From positions 896,001 through 960,000 of the forward strand of contig OY764159.1 of the NCBI GenBank assembly GCA_963668175.1: a stretch of 64,000 nucleotides of DNA, read 5' to 3'. The position numbers were made by a program, and so were the translations under genes. Below, in pieces: positions 22,458-32,657 of the stretch. The notes beneath the pieces were generated by a model. That model made no database searches, was not told where the DNA came from, and saw only the letters and a program-made list of their open reading frames with translations. Position 1 is the first letter of the stretch. Every line of letters begins with the position of its first letter. Origin of the DNA: Syntrophales bacterium. GTDB taxonomy: Bacteria; Desulfobacterota; Syntrophia; Syntrophales; PHBD01.

Positions 22458-22485
22458 TTTCCGGTAAACGGCACGGAATTCCGGC

Positions 22486-23325
22486 TTATAACGTCGTGAC
22501 CCTGAAAATGGACCAGTCGCCGGCAATCCGAATGTTTTTTTCTGCGTCCTGTGCAGACAATGCGTCTTCAAAGATTCCAAAAACGGTCGGACCGCTTCCC
22601 GACATCAGGGCGCCCAGGGCACCGTTTTGTATGAGCAGCTCTTTGATGTTCCTCAACGAGGGATGAAGTTGCAGAGAGACCTTCTCGAGATCATTATGAA
22701 GCCCTGCTGCCAGATCATGAACCGTATAAAATCGCGGGATGCTATAATGGTTTGGTGCGTTTGTCAATCTTAAATTCAGCTTTTCGTAGACCGTCTTCGT
22801 GGACAGCTCAAAGCCCGGATTGATGAGAATGAGCCAGATTCTGGGGATGCCCTCGGCCTTCTCCAGGCGCTCTCCGATCCCGAAAGCCCAGGCAGTCGCC
22901 CCGAATATGAAGAACGGGACATCAGCCCCCAGCGTTTTCGCAATATTAATAAGGTCTTCTGTGTCGAGACCGAAATCCATCAGGTCGTTCAGTGCCATCA
23001 ATGTTGTGGCGGCGTTGGAGCTTCCTCCTCCCAGGCCGGCCGCCATGGGGATCGCTTTGCGGATCGTGATGTGAATGCCTCCGTGATAATCCATCCGGGA
23101 AAACAAGGCGCGAGCGGCCCTGTAGACAATATTCCCTTCATCTTCCGGTAAGTTGCTTCCGGGACAGCGGAGGGTTATGCCCTCGGCTGCCGGAGCAAAT
23201 TCCATTTCGTCATAAAGACTGACCGCTTGCATCAGGCTCGCAATGTCGTGATAGCCGTCTTCCCGTTTTCTTAAGACATTGAGGACGAAATTGATCTTGG
23301 CCGGGGAAAGTCTGGATAAGGTCAT
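22486..23325 (-). CDS. ispE: 4-diphosphocytidyl-2-C-methyl-D-erythritol kinase
   Basis: PAKIN, GYH, GLGGGSSNAA, GADVPFF, MSGSGPT. Confidence 0.95.
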   Translation of the reverse strand: MTLSRLSPAKINFVLNVLRKREDGYHDIASLMQAVSLYDEMEFAPAAEGITLRCPGSNLPEDEGNIVYRAARALFSRMDYHGGIHITIRKAIPMAAGLGGGSSNAATTLMALNDLMDFGLDTEDLINIAKTLGADVPFFIFGATAWAFGIGERLEKAEGIPRIWLILINPGFELSTKTVYEKLNLRLTNAPNHYSIPRFYTVHDLAAGLHNDLEKVSLQLHPSLRNIKELLIQNGALGALMSGSGPTVFGIFEDALSAQDAEKNIRIAGDWSIFRVTTL

Positions 23326-23570
23326 GAGGGATACTTCCTTGACAGGCCGTACGGAGGTTCCCTCAGCGGCAGGAGAGCCGTGCTGAAAGCAGAGCCTCAC
23401 GGGATTCTCGGATTCATCTTCCCGCTGGTATCTTCGGTATCCTCGCCCTGTCTCTTATTTTTGCCTTTCCTAACACAACTCGATGGGAAAAGCAAAGAAA
23501 GGGTGCCTCGGTCTTCTACGCTATATCGCATTAAAACTATTGATTTAAAATGGGAAATAGAAGAGGCGTC

Positions 23571-23840
23571 ATGGAAAATGACTGCGCATCGCACATTCCG
23601 GGAGTCACGCAGGTGACGATGATGGTCTCTCTGCCAGGCGAACAATCCTTATTGCGTCTTTGCTCTGGGATGGCAGGGCGTCAATATGTGAATTATACGA
23701 GAGAGTTGAATGAAGCGGTTTTATATTCTCTTCAGGAGTCAATCGAATTCTTCCGCCGGATGTCCCGCGGGAACGGGAGACATCCGGTAATCTATTATAC
23801 AATAAATAAAGGTTTTTCTTCGCTGGCAGTTAGGTTATGA
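23571..23840 (+). CDS. Hypothetical protein (uncertain)
   Basis: 89-aa ORF with GAGG RBS filling the gap between ispE and the DUF1844 gene; no recognised motif. Confidence 0.3.
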   Translation: MENDCASHIPGVTQVTMMVSLPGEQSLLRLCSGMAGRQYVNYTRELNEAVLYSLQESIEFFRRMSRGNGRHPVIYYTINKGFSSLAVRL

Positions 23841-23874
23841 AGGCTTGTGTGGAAGAGTCAGCGGAATGATTCGG

Positions 23875-24321
23875 TTATTTCCCGGCCTTCGCTTTCTCTT
23901 TGACATAACGCATCCGCAGCTCGAAAAGCAGGTTCTGCACGAGACGCATTTCTTCGGCGTCCAGGTTGTTCTTCGTCTTTTCTTCCAACATTCCAATGAT
24001 ATCGATGGTTTGCTTGGCGGCCTCCAGGTTGACTTCCGCTTTGCCGGTTGCCGGGTCCGCAAAATCCCCGAAATGGAACATGGCACTCGTGCTCAAGGAA
24101 ATGATGAAATTGGCGAAGTTGATTTCGGGATAACCGAAGTCATCATCGGCTGTGTCGGTGTCTTTTTGTGTTTCATCCATCGCCTCCGGCTTCGCGGTTG
24201 CGGCGCCGTCTGCGTCGGCCGCCGCCCGGTCTTGCCGGTCTTCCTCCCGGCTTTCTCCTGTTTCGCTGAACATCCGCCGGTCTTTGACGACAAAGCTCTT
24301 CTCTTTCTTTTCCTCTTCCAC
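23875..24321 (-). CDS. DUF1844-family protein
   Basis: FVVKDRR N-terminus, AKQTIDIIGMLEEKTKNNL, ELRMRYV; GGAGG RBS. Confidence 0.85.
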   Translation of the reverse strand: MEEEKKEKSFVVKDRRMFSETGESREEDRQDRAAADADGAATAKPEAMDETQKDTDTADDDFGYPEINFANFIISLSTSAMFHFGDFADPATGKAEVNLEAAKQTIDIIGMLEEKTKNNLDAEEMRLVQNLLFELRMRYVKEKAKAGK

Positions 24322-24387
24322 GTTAGCCCTCCTTCGTTTTCTCCATACCGGGGTACGGAACGGGTCGTGATCGAAAACGGTATGCCG

Positions 24388-25236
24388 TCAACGCGTCGGC
24401 CTCATGCTGCGAAGCCGGGCAATCCTCTCGTCAATCGGCGGATGGGTGCTGAAAAGGTTCATGAATGCCCTCGCTGTCAGCGGATTGACGATAAACATGT
24501 GGGCTGTAGAGGGATTGGCATTCATAGGCATTGCCTGCGAGGCCCGCGATAATTTTTCCAGCGCCCCGGCCAGTCCGTAGGGTTTACCAGAGATTTGCGC
24601 ACCGCCGTCATCGGCCAGATACTCCCGGGAACGGGATATGGCCATCTGGATGAGCGTTGCTGCAATGGGGGCCAGGATGGCCATGACGACCAGGCCGATC
24701 ACGCCACCGCCCTCGTCGTCGTCGCGGTTGCCTCCGCCGAAGATGGCCGCAAACTGCGCCATATGGGCCAGCATTACGATCGCGCCGGCAATGGTGGCGG
24801 CAATGGACCCGATCAGGATGTCCCTGTTTTTGATGTGGGTCAGTTCGTGGGCAAGGACGCCCTCAAGCTCATTTCTATCGAGAATTCTTAATATTCCGGC
24901 CGTGACAGCCACTACGGCATGGTGTTCGTTCCGGCCGGTGGCAAAGGCGTTCGGCGTATCCTCCGGAATGATGTATACTCTTGGCATCGGCAGATTCGCC
25001 CGTTGGGCCAGGCCGCTCACGATGCCGTACAGTTCCGGCGCCTGGTCGGGCGTCACTTCCTGGGCATTGTACATGCTGAGAACGATCTTATCCGAAAACC
25101 AGTAACTGCCGAAATTAAGTACGGTAGCGAATACGAAGGCGACAAGAACGCCTCCTTTGCCCCCGATCAGGCCCCCGATCAGCATGAGCAGACCGGTTAA
25201 AGCTCCCAACAGCAAGCCCGTCTTGATCGTATTCAT
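24388..25236 (-). CDS. htpX: Zinc metalloprotease HtpX
   Basis: PNAFATG, HELTH (HExxH), [15 protein letters not shown]. Confidence 0.95.
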   Translation of the reverse strand: MNTIKTGLLLGALTGLLMLIGGLIGGKGGVLVAFVFATVLNFGSYWFSDKIVLSMYNAQEVTPDQAPELYGIVSGLAQRANLPMPRVYIIPEDTPNAFATGRNEHHAVVAVTAGILRILDRNELEGVLAHELTHIKNRDILIGSIAATIAGAIVMLAHMAQFAAIFGGGNRDDDEGGGVIGLVVMAILAPIAATLIQMAISRSREYLADDGGAQISGKPYGLAGALEKLSRASQAMPMNANPSTAHMFIVNPLTARAFMNLFSTHPPIDERIARLRSMRPTR

Positions 25237-25362
25237 GGTATGATATCCTCCTTCGGCACATGGCCCGGCCAGGTGCCACTCTGTTTTGTGATAGTCAATC
25301 TTTCCGCCAAGGCCGCTTTCTCACGGTCATAACATACGACGGACTTCTTTTACGGCCCTGGT

Positions 25363-27966
25363 TTATTTCGACTTCTTCTTTTTCTTCGTGAAGCGGAAAT
25401 CGCCGGAATCGGCAATGTCCGCTTCGATCTGGTCGCCCTCTGTGAAGGTTCCGTCAAGGAGCTTCATGGCCAGGGGGTCCAGGATCATCTTCTGGAGCGC
25501 CCGTTTCAGCGGCCTGGCCCCATAGATAGGACTGTAGGCGTTTTTGGCTATATAATCTTTTCCTTTTTCTGTCAATTCGAGCGAAAGTTTCCGCTCCGCC
25601 AGGCGCTTACGGATCAGGTCGATCTGGATTTCGACGATCCGTTCGATGTCGCCGAGGCTGAGCGCCCGGAAACTGATGATGTCGTCGATCCTGTTCAGGA
25701 ATTCCGGTTTGAACGTCTGCCGGAGGACCTCCATGGTCCGATTGCGTTTTTCCTGCTCGTCCAGGGCTTCGTCCTGAATCCAGTGGCTTCCCACGTTGGA
25801 GGTCATGATGACGACGGTATTCTTGAAGTCGACCGTCCGTCCGTGGCCATCGGTGAGCCGGCCGTCGTCGAGGATCTGCAGCAGGATGTTGAAGACGTCG
25901 GGATGGGCTTTTTCGATTTCGTCGAACAAAAGGACGCTGTATGGCCTCCTCCGCACCGCTTCGGTCAGATATCCGCCTTCGTCGTAGCCCACGTAGCCCG
26001 GAGGGGCCCCGATCAGCCTGGCAACCGTATGTTTTTCCATGTATTCGGACATATCGACGCGGATCATGGCGTGTTCGTTATCGAACATGAACTCCGCCAG
26101 CGCCCGGGCCAGTTCCGTCTTGCCGACGCCTGTCGGTCCCAGGAAGATGAAGGAGCCGATGGGCCGGTTGGGGTCCTGCAGACCCGACCGCGCCCGTCTC
26201 AGGGCGCTGGATACGGCAGCTATCCCCTCGTCCTGACCGACGACGCGCTGCGTCAGCCGCTCTTCCATGTGGATGAGCTTCTGAACGTCGCTCTCCATCA
26301 TGCGCGTCATGGGAATTCCCGTCCAGTTGGCAACGACCTCCGCCACGTCTTCGGCGTCGACCTCTTCCTTGAGCATCTTCTGGCCCTTTTGGACCTCTTC
26401 CAGCTTGGCCTGCTCCTGCTCCATCTCCCGGTCGAGTTCCACGAGCTTGCCGTAGCGGATTTCGGCGGCTTTAGCCAGGTCGCCGCTGCGCTGGGCATTC
26501 AGTTCGTCCGTTTTGAGCTGCTCGATACGTCCCTTGATGGCCTGGATATGCTTGATGGCGTCCTTTTCGCTGCCCCAGTGGAGTTTCATCCGGTTCATCG
26601 ATTCCCGGAGTTCGGCGAGCTCCTTTTCAATCTTTTCCCGCCGTTCGGCCGTCGTCTTGTCCGTCTCGTTCTTCAAAGACTGGCGTTCGATCTCCAGCTG
26701 GAGGATCCGCCGGTCGATGACGTCGATTTCCGCCGGCATGCTGTCCAGCTCGATTCTCAGGCGGGACGCCGCTTCGTCGATCAGATCGACGGCCTTGTCC
26801 GGCAGAAAACGATCGGCGATGTAGCGGTGCGAAAGCGTTGCCGCTGCAATGATCGCCGAGTCCTTGATCCGGACGCCGTGATGGACCTCATACCGCTCTT
26901 TCAGCCCCCGAAGGATGGCGATCGTGTCCTCGACGGTCGGTTCCTTGACCAGGATGGGCTGAAAACGCCTCTCCAGGGCGGGGTCCTTCTCGATATGCTT
27001 TCGGTATTCGTTGAGGGTTGTGGCTCCTACGCACCGCAGCTCTCCTCTGGCCAGCGCCGGCTTGAGCATGTTGGAGGCGTCCACGGACCCCTCCGCCGCT
27101 CCCGCGCCGACGACGGTATGGATCTCGTCGATAAAGAGGATGATCTCCCCTTCGGCGCTCGTTACTTCCTTGAGAACGGCCTTCAGGCGCTCTTCGAATT
27201 CGCCGCGATACTTGGCCCCGGCGATGAGGGCGCCGATATCGAGGCCGATAACCGTCTTGCCTTTCAGATTTTCCGGAACGTCCCCATTGACGATCCGCTG
27301 CGCCAGCCCTTCGACGATGGCCGTCTTGCCGACGCCGGGCTCCCCGATCAGGACCGGGTTGTTCTTGGTCCTGCGGGAGAGGACCTGCATGATTCTGCGG
27401 ATCTCTTCATCCCGGCCGATGACCGGGTCGAAGGACCCCTTGCGGGCCAATTCGTTGAAGTCTTTTGCGTAACGCTTCAAGGCCTGGTACTTGTCCTCGG
27501 GATTGGGATCGGTTATGCGCTGGTTTCCTCTGAGTTCCACCAGGACCTTGAATATGCCGTCCCTGGTAATGCCGGCTTCCCGCAGGATTTGAGCCACGGC
27601 GCCTTCCTTGCTGTCGGTCATGGCGATCAGCACGTGTTCGGCGCTGACGTATTCGTCCGTCAACCTCGCGGCCTCGGCTGTGGCGTTATCCAGAATCCTG
27701 TTCAGAGTTGTCGTAATGTAGGACTGGCCGGCTCCGGGTCCTTGAACGCCGGGCATTCTCTTAACGGCATCGTTCAGCCGGTCTTCAACAAACTTCGTAT
27801 CGGCGCCCATTTTTTTTAAAATGGCGCCCACGATGCCTTCCTGCTGCTTCAGGAAGGCGATAAGCAGATGTTCGGCCTCGATGCCCTGATGGCCGTACTG
27901 ATTGGCGAGGGACTGGGCATCCTGAAGGGCTTCCTGAACTTTTAAAGTGAACTTATCGAATCTCAT
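25363..27966 (-). CDS. clpB: Chaperone ClpB
   Basis: Two AAA+ modules ([16 protein letters not shown]), coiled-coil M domain, GYVG pore loop. Confidence 0.97.
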   Translation of the reverse strand: MRFDKFTLKVQEALQDAQSLANQYGHQGIEAEHLLIAFLKQQEGIVGAILKKMGADTKFVEDRLNDAVKRMPGVQGPGAGQSYITTTLNRILDNATAEAARLTDEYVSAEHVLIAMTDSKEGAVAQILREAGITRDGIFKVLVELRGNQRITDPNPEDKYQALKRYAKDFNELARKGSFDPVIGRDEEIRRIMQVLSRRTKNNPVLIGEPGVGKTAIVEGLAQRIVNGDVPENLKGKTVIGLDIGALIAGAKYRGEFEERLKAVLKEVTSAEGEIILFIDEIHTVVGAGAAEGSVDASNMLKPALARGELRCVGATTLNEYRKHIEKDPALERRFQPILVKEPTVEDTIAILRGLKERYEVHHGVRIKDSAIIAAATLSHRYIADRFLPDKAVDLIDEAASRLRIELDSMPAEIDVIDRRILQLEIERQSLKNETDKTTAERREKIEKELAELRESMNRMKLHWGSEKDAIKHIQAIKGRIEQLKTDELNAQRSGDLAKAAEIRYGKLVELDREMEQEQAKLEEVQKGQKMLKEEVDAEDVAEVVANWTGIPMTRMMESDVQKLIHMEERLTQRVVGQDEGIAAVSSALRRARSGLQDPNRPIGSFIFLGPTGVGKTELARALAEFMFDNEHAMIRVDMSEYMEKHTVARLIGAPPGYVGYDEGGYLTEAVRRRPYSVLLFDEIEKAHPDVFNILLQILDDGRLTDGHGRTVDFKNTVVIMTSNVGSHWIQDEALDEQEKRNRTMEVLRQTFKPEFLNRIDDIISFRALSLGDIERIVEIQIDLIRKRLAERKLSLELTEKGKDYIAKNAYSPIYGARPLKRALQKMILDPLAMKLLDGTFTEGDQIEADIADSGDFRFTKKKKKSK

Positions 27967-28078
27967 ATGGCCTCGTTTTAATCTTACGTATCTTTATATT
28001 AGCGTCTATATTCGGCCTATTCCATCACGCTCATGCGAGCCGGCCCCGTTCTACGGGATGTCCCAATGGATGCGCCGC

Positions 28079-28948
28079 TTAAATAATGGGTTTTTCAATG
28101 CTTACGAATATTTTTCCATTCTTAAAGACGGAGATGTTGCCCGTCGACTCGGAAAGGACCATGGCGATGGCGTTGGAGATGCTCGTTATACCGGCGGCGG
28201 CGATATGCCTGCTGCCCAGCCCCTGGGGAAAATCCTTGCTTTCCAGGGCGGCATTCAAGTGCCTGCCCGCCGTTACAATGGCCCCGTCTTCCTTGATGAC
28301 GAACGCCCCGTCGATGGCGGAGAATTCCTTGATGGTTTCCTTCAATTCCGGGTTGAGGATGTTGCGTTCCTGTTCCGTATACCCCATGAACGGATTGATG
28401 ATCATCTGCCGGGAGAGCTGCATGACCTTTTCATGGTCTCCAAGGACGAACGTCGTTCCGACCTTGCGCCCTTCCCGTCCCTGGGCGGCCAGCTCCAGAC
28501 TGATATTGAGAACGGCTCCGAACACCTCGGGATAGACGGCTTCCGTGATATCCGATATATTTTCGGACGTCAGGAATTCGAACTCTTTTCCCACATCGAG
28601 AATGAAAAGGCTGTCCACGTAGCCGAACCGGGGCACTCCGCTCAGACAGACCAGCTTGTCCCCTTTCTTGAAGAGGCCGATGGCGATTCCCTTGATGACG
28701 GCGGTCTTGATCTGTCCGATCCTGGTCAGGTTGACATTGGGAATATTCAGGACGGTCGCGGCCGATGCCAGATCAGCGGGAATCTCTTCGTTTTCCCGGG
28801 ATACGAGGACCAATTTGGTCTGATTGACGTCGCCCATGCACGTCGGCAGCTCCGACGCCAAACTTGAGTAGACCAGGATAGCGTTTGCCTGAATATCGCT
28901 CGCTATCCGGCACGCCGATTCCAGAATCACTTTGTTGATGGAACTCAT
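28079..28948 (-). CDS. Diadenylate cyclase, DacZ/CdaZ-like architecture
   Basis: DisA_N motifs DGA, GSRH, SES; GREG motif; N-terminal alpha/beta domain; no TM helices. Confidence 0.85.
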   Translation of the reverse strand: MSSINKVILESACRIASDIQANAILVYSSLASELPTCMGDVNQTKLVLVSRENEEIPADLASAATVLNIPNVNLTRIGQIKTAVIKGIAIGLFKKGDKLVCLSGVPRFGYVDSLFILDVGKEFEFLTSENISDITEAVYPEVFGAVLNISLELAAQGREGRKVGTTFVLGDHEKVMQLSRQMIINPFMGYTEQERNILNPELKETIKEFSAIDGAFVIKEDGAIVTAGRHLNAALESKDFPQGLGSRHIAAAGITSISNAIAMVLSESTGNISVFKNGKIFVSIEKPII

Positions 28949-29258
28949 GAACTTTAAACCCCCTCGTCGGGAAATGGATTTTCCCGTCTCTCAGATGTTG
29001 ATATTTTCATAATTCGCTTTCTTATTCGATGATTGCATTTTCAACGCTAAGTTAAACACAGAAGGCGGGGTTGTCAAGTTGATAGCCGGGGAAATGGGCC
29101 GATCTTGCTGGGTCTGTCCGTATCGGAACCTGCCGATGGGCCGCTGTCCCTGGTTGTCATGGAGCGTGTTCGACGGACCCTATACCGATGCGCCATTTTT
29201 GCTTGCCAACGACAGGCGGGGCTGTTATATTTTCGCCTCTCAACAGGGGGTAAAAAGC

Positions 29259-30290
29259 ATGGAAATCGGAATTGTCGGTCTTCCCCAGAGCGGCAAGAGC
29301 ACATTGTTTGAGATCATGACCGGCTCGGCCAGCCGCGATGTCCATAACGAGCCGTGCCTGCGGGGGCAGGCTACGGTTCCCGATCAGCGCCTGGAGCACC
29401 TTGCGGGTATTTACAAACCGCAGAAGACGACGCCGGCGAAAATTCCCTTCGTGGATGTCAATGCCCGGGGAGAGAAAGCCTGGGAGGCCATTCGCCAGAG
29501 CCTGAGCGGGGCGGAAGGGCTGCTCCATGTGATCGACGGTTTTACGGCCCCGGACGTGCCGTCCTGCATCAGCCAGTATCAGAAACTTGAGGAAGAGCTG
29601 ATTCTCTCCGATCTGATGGTCGTCGAAAACCGTCTGCAGCGGCTGGCCAAGACAACGAAAAATGCATTAAAGCCCCAGGATATTCAACAGTCGCAAATCC
29701 TGCCGCGGGTCAAGGATCATCTCGAAGCCGGCAGGCCGATCCGGGCGTTGAACCTGACAGCCGAGGAGGCCTTTTCCCTGAAGAGCTTTTCATTCTGGAC
29801 GATTAAGCCCGAGTTGGTGGTGATCAACGAGGGCGAGGAGGAACGCACCCTGACCGGCGCGTTTCGCGAAGCAGCCCAGTTGAACTCCCCGGTAATAGGC
29901 CTATGCTGTCAGATCGAAGCGGAACTGGCGGGGCTGAAACAGGAGGAGCAGAAAGAATTCCTGGATTCCCTGGGGATCGACGAACCCGCCTTCGGCCGGG
30001 TCATCCGGGCGGCTTTCTCGCTTCTCGGACGGATCAGCTTCTTTACGGTAGGCGACGACGAGGTCAAGGCCTGGGTCATCCCGGAGGGGACGAAGGCGCC
30101 GAAGGCGGCCTCGGCCATCCACAAGGACTTCGAGCGCGGTTTCATCAAGGCCGAAGTAGCTTCCTACAGCGATTTCCTGGCCTGCGGCGATTCCATGAAC
30201 GGCGTCAAGGCGGCGGGCAAGCTGCGCCTGGAAGGCAAGGACTATATCGTCCTGGACGGCGACATCATCACCTTCCGCTTCAACGTTTAA
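29259..30290 (+). CDS. ychF: YchF/Obg-family P-loop NTPase, divergent
   Basis: GLPQSGKST; C-terminal FFTVG-EVKAW, IHKDFERGFIKAE, RLEGKDY-DGD. Confidence 0.8.
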   Translation: MEIGIVGLPQSGKSTLFEIMTGSASRDVHNEPCLRGQATVPDQRLEHLAGIYKPQKTTPAKIPFVDVNARGEKAWEAIRQSLSGAEGLLHVIDGFTAPDVPSCISQYQKLEEELILSDLMVVENRLQRLAKTTKNALKPQDIQQSQILPRVKDHLEAGRPIRALNLTAEEAFSLKSFSFWTIKPELVVINEGEEERTLTGAFREAAQLNSPVIGLCCQIEAELAGLKQEEQKEFLDSLGIDEPAFGRVIRAAFSLLGRISFFTVGDDEVKAWVIPEGTKAPKAASAIHKDFERGFIKAEVASYSDFLACGDSMNGVKAAGKLRLEGKDYIVLDGDIITFRFNV

Positions 30291-30354
30291 TGAATGACCG
30301 GGGATGTAATCCCCGGAAAATACCCACCGTAACATGTCCCCCGATTTACTGCGC

Positions 30355-31470
30355 TCAGTCCCGACCCTCCGGCAGGAATATCCGGCGCGCGATCTTTCCG
30401 GCAAGCGTCTCTTTTGTGTGCAGGGCCCCGTGGGGACAGACTTCGATACAGCAATAACAGCGGATGCAGCGGTCGTAATCGAAGAGGAGAGCGCCGCCGC
30501 CGGGCGTTACAGCATCGGCGGGACACATGTCCCAACACTTACCGCACATCCGGCAGAGAGGCGCGTCGACGACGGGCCTCTGAAGCAAATGGCGGCGGAG
30601 AAAGCCATGGGCCTGCCTGGGACCGAACATGGGCGAGGCCATGGCGGGGAGTTGAAAGTCGCGAATAACGGGCAGCATACCGTCGATCTCCGGTGGGGTT
30701 CCGATTAATCCCATCTGGTGCGCCGTCCGCATGGTCGGCATTTTCTCCGGTGCCAGCCCCAGCATCCGGCACACGGCGGCGTCAACGGAGAAGGCATCCG
30801 CCGAACCCATCAGGACCCCGATCTCCTTCGGCAGGCCCCTCTTTCCCGGGCCCTCGCCCTCCATGGCCAGGATACCGTCCAGGACCGTGAAGGCCGGTTC
30901 GATCTTCCGGCAGATCAGGACTAAAAGCCGGGCAAACATATCCCGGTCGATCCCGGCGCGCAGGTGCCACTCCGCTTTGCGGTTTCCCACGATGCAGCCG
31001 AACATGTTCTTGACGCCCAGAGTCATAAGCATCTGACTGTGGGTTTTCAGCTTGGGCAGATTGATGATCCAGTCGGCCCGGACGGCTTCTGCGGCCGCGT
31101 CGATAAGATCGAAGGGTTTGCCGACATCGAGTTTAACCGTATCGCGAAAGGCATGGCAACGGACGTCCATGTTATTGAGAGCTTCGGCAACGCCGCCCTC
31201 TTTCAGAATATTTTCAAAGGAGCCCATGGCTGGACTGTCCGCAACCGTCGTCCGGGCGCCCCTGTCAATGACGTACTCAACGGCGGCCTTGATCACCAAG
31301 GGATGCGTCAGTATGGCCTGAGAGGGTGTCGCCGCGATAAGGAAATTGGGTTTGATAAGGACATGATGGCCTTTCCCGATCCTGCCTCCGCCGATGGCGT
31401 CCATGATCTCGAAAAAGACGGGCCGCAATGTTTCATAGGCATACGATGCGTGCCTGACGATGACTTTCAT
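30355..31470 (-). CDS. DUF362 protein with C-terminal 2x[4Fe-4S] ferredoxin
   Basis: VLIKPN, THP, NLPKLKTH, KNMFG, MEGEGP; two CxxCxxCxxxCP motifs. Confidence 0.88.
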   Translation of the reverse strand: MKVIVRHASYAYETLRPVFFEIMDAIGGGRIGKGHHVLIKPNFLIAATPSQAILTHPLVIKAAVEYVIDRGARTTVADSPAMGSFENILKEGGVAEALNNMDVRCHAFRDTVKLDVGKPFDLIDAAAEAVRADWIINLPKLKTHSQMLMTLGVKNMFGCIVGNRKAEWHLRAGIDRDMFARLLVLICRKIEPAFTVLDGILAMEGEGPGKRGLPKEIGVLMGSADAFSVDAAVCRMLGLAPEKMPTMRTAHQMGLIGTPPEIDGMLPVIRDFQLPAMASPMFGPRQAHGFLRRHLLQRPVVDAPLCRMCGKCWDMCPADAVTPGGGALLFDYDRCIRCYCCIEVCPHGALHTKETLAGKIARRIFLPEGRD

Positions 31471-32441
31471 AGGCGGTCAAAGGCCTGAACGATGGTTTCT
31501 ACAAAGATTTCCCGGTGAAAAAGAAAGGCCCCGACATGGCCGCCCTCCAGCCAGCGCAGGCTGGAGCCGGGCCAATGCCGATGCAGTTTTGCGGCAGACT
31601 CCGGGGGGATGTACGCGTCGTTGCGGGCGGCGACAAGAACGGCCGCCGCAGGCGCCTGCGGCGGCGGGTAACGCCGGATATCCATGATGTTGAGCAGCTC
31701 CGTCATGAATTCCCTGGCCTCGTCCGGCCCTTCATGTTCATGATTCAGGGCATCCCAGGCGCAGTACCGGGAGAGTATCCCTTCGAGGAAGACGGCACTC
31801 GGCGAATGGGGCGCGATGCAGGGAGCGATAGCCACAGGTCCCGGCGACAACGCACCGACAAGGGCCGCCATATGCCCGCCCATGCTGATTCCGGAGACAC
31901 CCATCTTCGTATATCCTTCCCTACGTAGCCAGGCGAGAAGGGTGCTGCCTTCCGTCAGGGCGGCGCTTCCCATCAGGATGAGGTCGCTTACGCATCTCAG
32001 CATTTTACTGTGCTGTCCGGGCGGTCGCCGTTTTCCGTAGTACGGATTCTCCAGGATCAGGGAGCCGATGCCCCTTTTCGCAAGCGGCAAGGCCAGGGCC
32101 TTTCTTCTTCTCTCGAAGCCCTCGTCTCCCGTGGCGGCGAGGTGGAGGCAAACGGGAGGTCGGCCGTTCCCGTCGATCGGAAGGATCATCTCCACGTAAG
32201 CGGTGCCGCTTTCCGGCGGAAATCCTCTCGCTTCGAAGGGACTTGCGAACCGGCCCTGCCTGATCCTTATGCCGTCAGCCCTTTCTTCTCTATCCCACGA
32301 GATCGAAATCTTCGCCTGTGCCCGTTCCTGAAGCCAGTCGGGGCTTAGCGCCTTGAGAAAACCCATATCCCCCCAGCCTTGCCGGAAAAAGAGGGGCCGG
32401 TTCGAGTAACGGGCATACAATCTGTCAAGAAGGCTGCTCAT
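31467..32441 (-). CDS. Alpha/beta hydrolase, DUF2048/ABHD18-like
   Basis: FFxxGWG, HLAATGD, LENPYYGxRRP, GISMGG nucleophile, DAYIP, GGHV. Confidence 0.8.
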   Translation of the reverse strand: MSSLLDRLYARYSNRPLFFRQGWGDMGFLKALSPDWLQERAQAKISISWDREERADGIRIRQGRFASPFEARGFPPESGTAYVEMILPIDGNGRPPVCLHLAATGDEGFERRRKALALPLAKRGIGSLILENPYYGKRRPPGQHSKMLRCVSDLILMGSAALTEGSTLLAWLRREGYTKMGVSGISMGGHMAALVGALSPGPVAIAPCIAPHSPSAVFLEGILSRYCAWDALNHEHEGPDEAREFMTELLNIMDIRRYPPPQAPAAAVLVAARNDAYIPPESAAKLHRHWPGSSLRWLEGGHVGAFLFHREIFVETIVQAFDRL

Positions 32442-32657
32442 GTTTTCATCCGTCGCCGGCGGCATTTCTCTATTGAAGATGGGTGAGCGGTTGTTGAATG
32501 AGGGTATCCTCGGGAGGCCCGGAGATTGCCTGGGGTTGCCCGTTCTACCTGCATCGCAGCCTTAATGATAGGGCGAACGAACATCCCGCCCTGCATTTGG
32601 CCGCCGACACACTGGGCATGACGGGACGGGTCGCAAGGGGGTCGGAGTAAAGGCTCG

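Noticed and set aside
25783..27819. 678-aa antisense ORF
   Set aside because: Shadow of clpB
27967..28078. CIRCE element upstream of clpB
   Set aside because: Only a TTAGC fragment; no TTAGCACTC-N9-GAGTGCTAA inverted repeat
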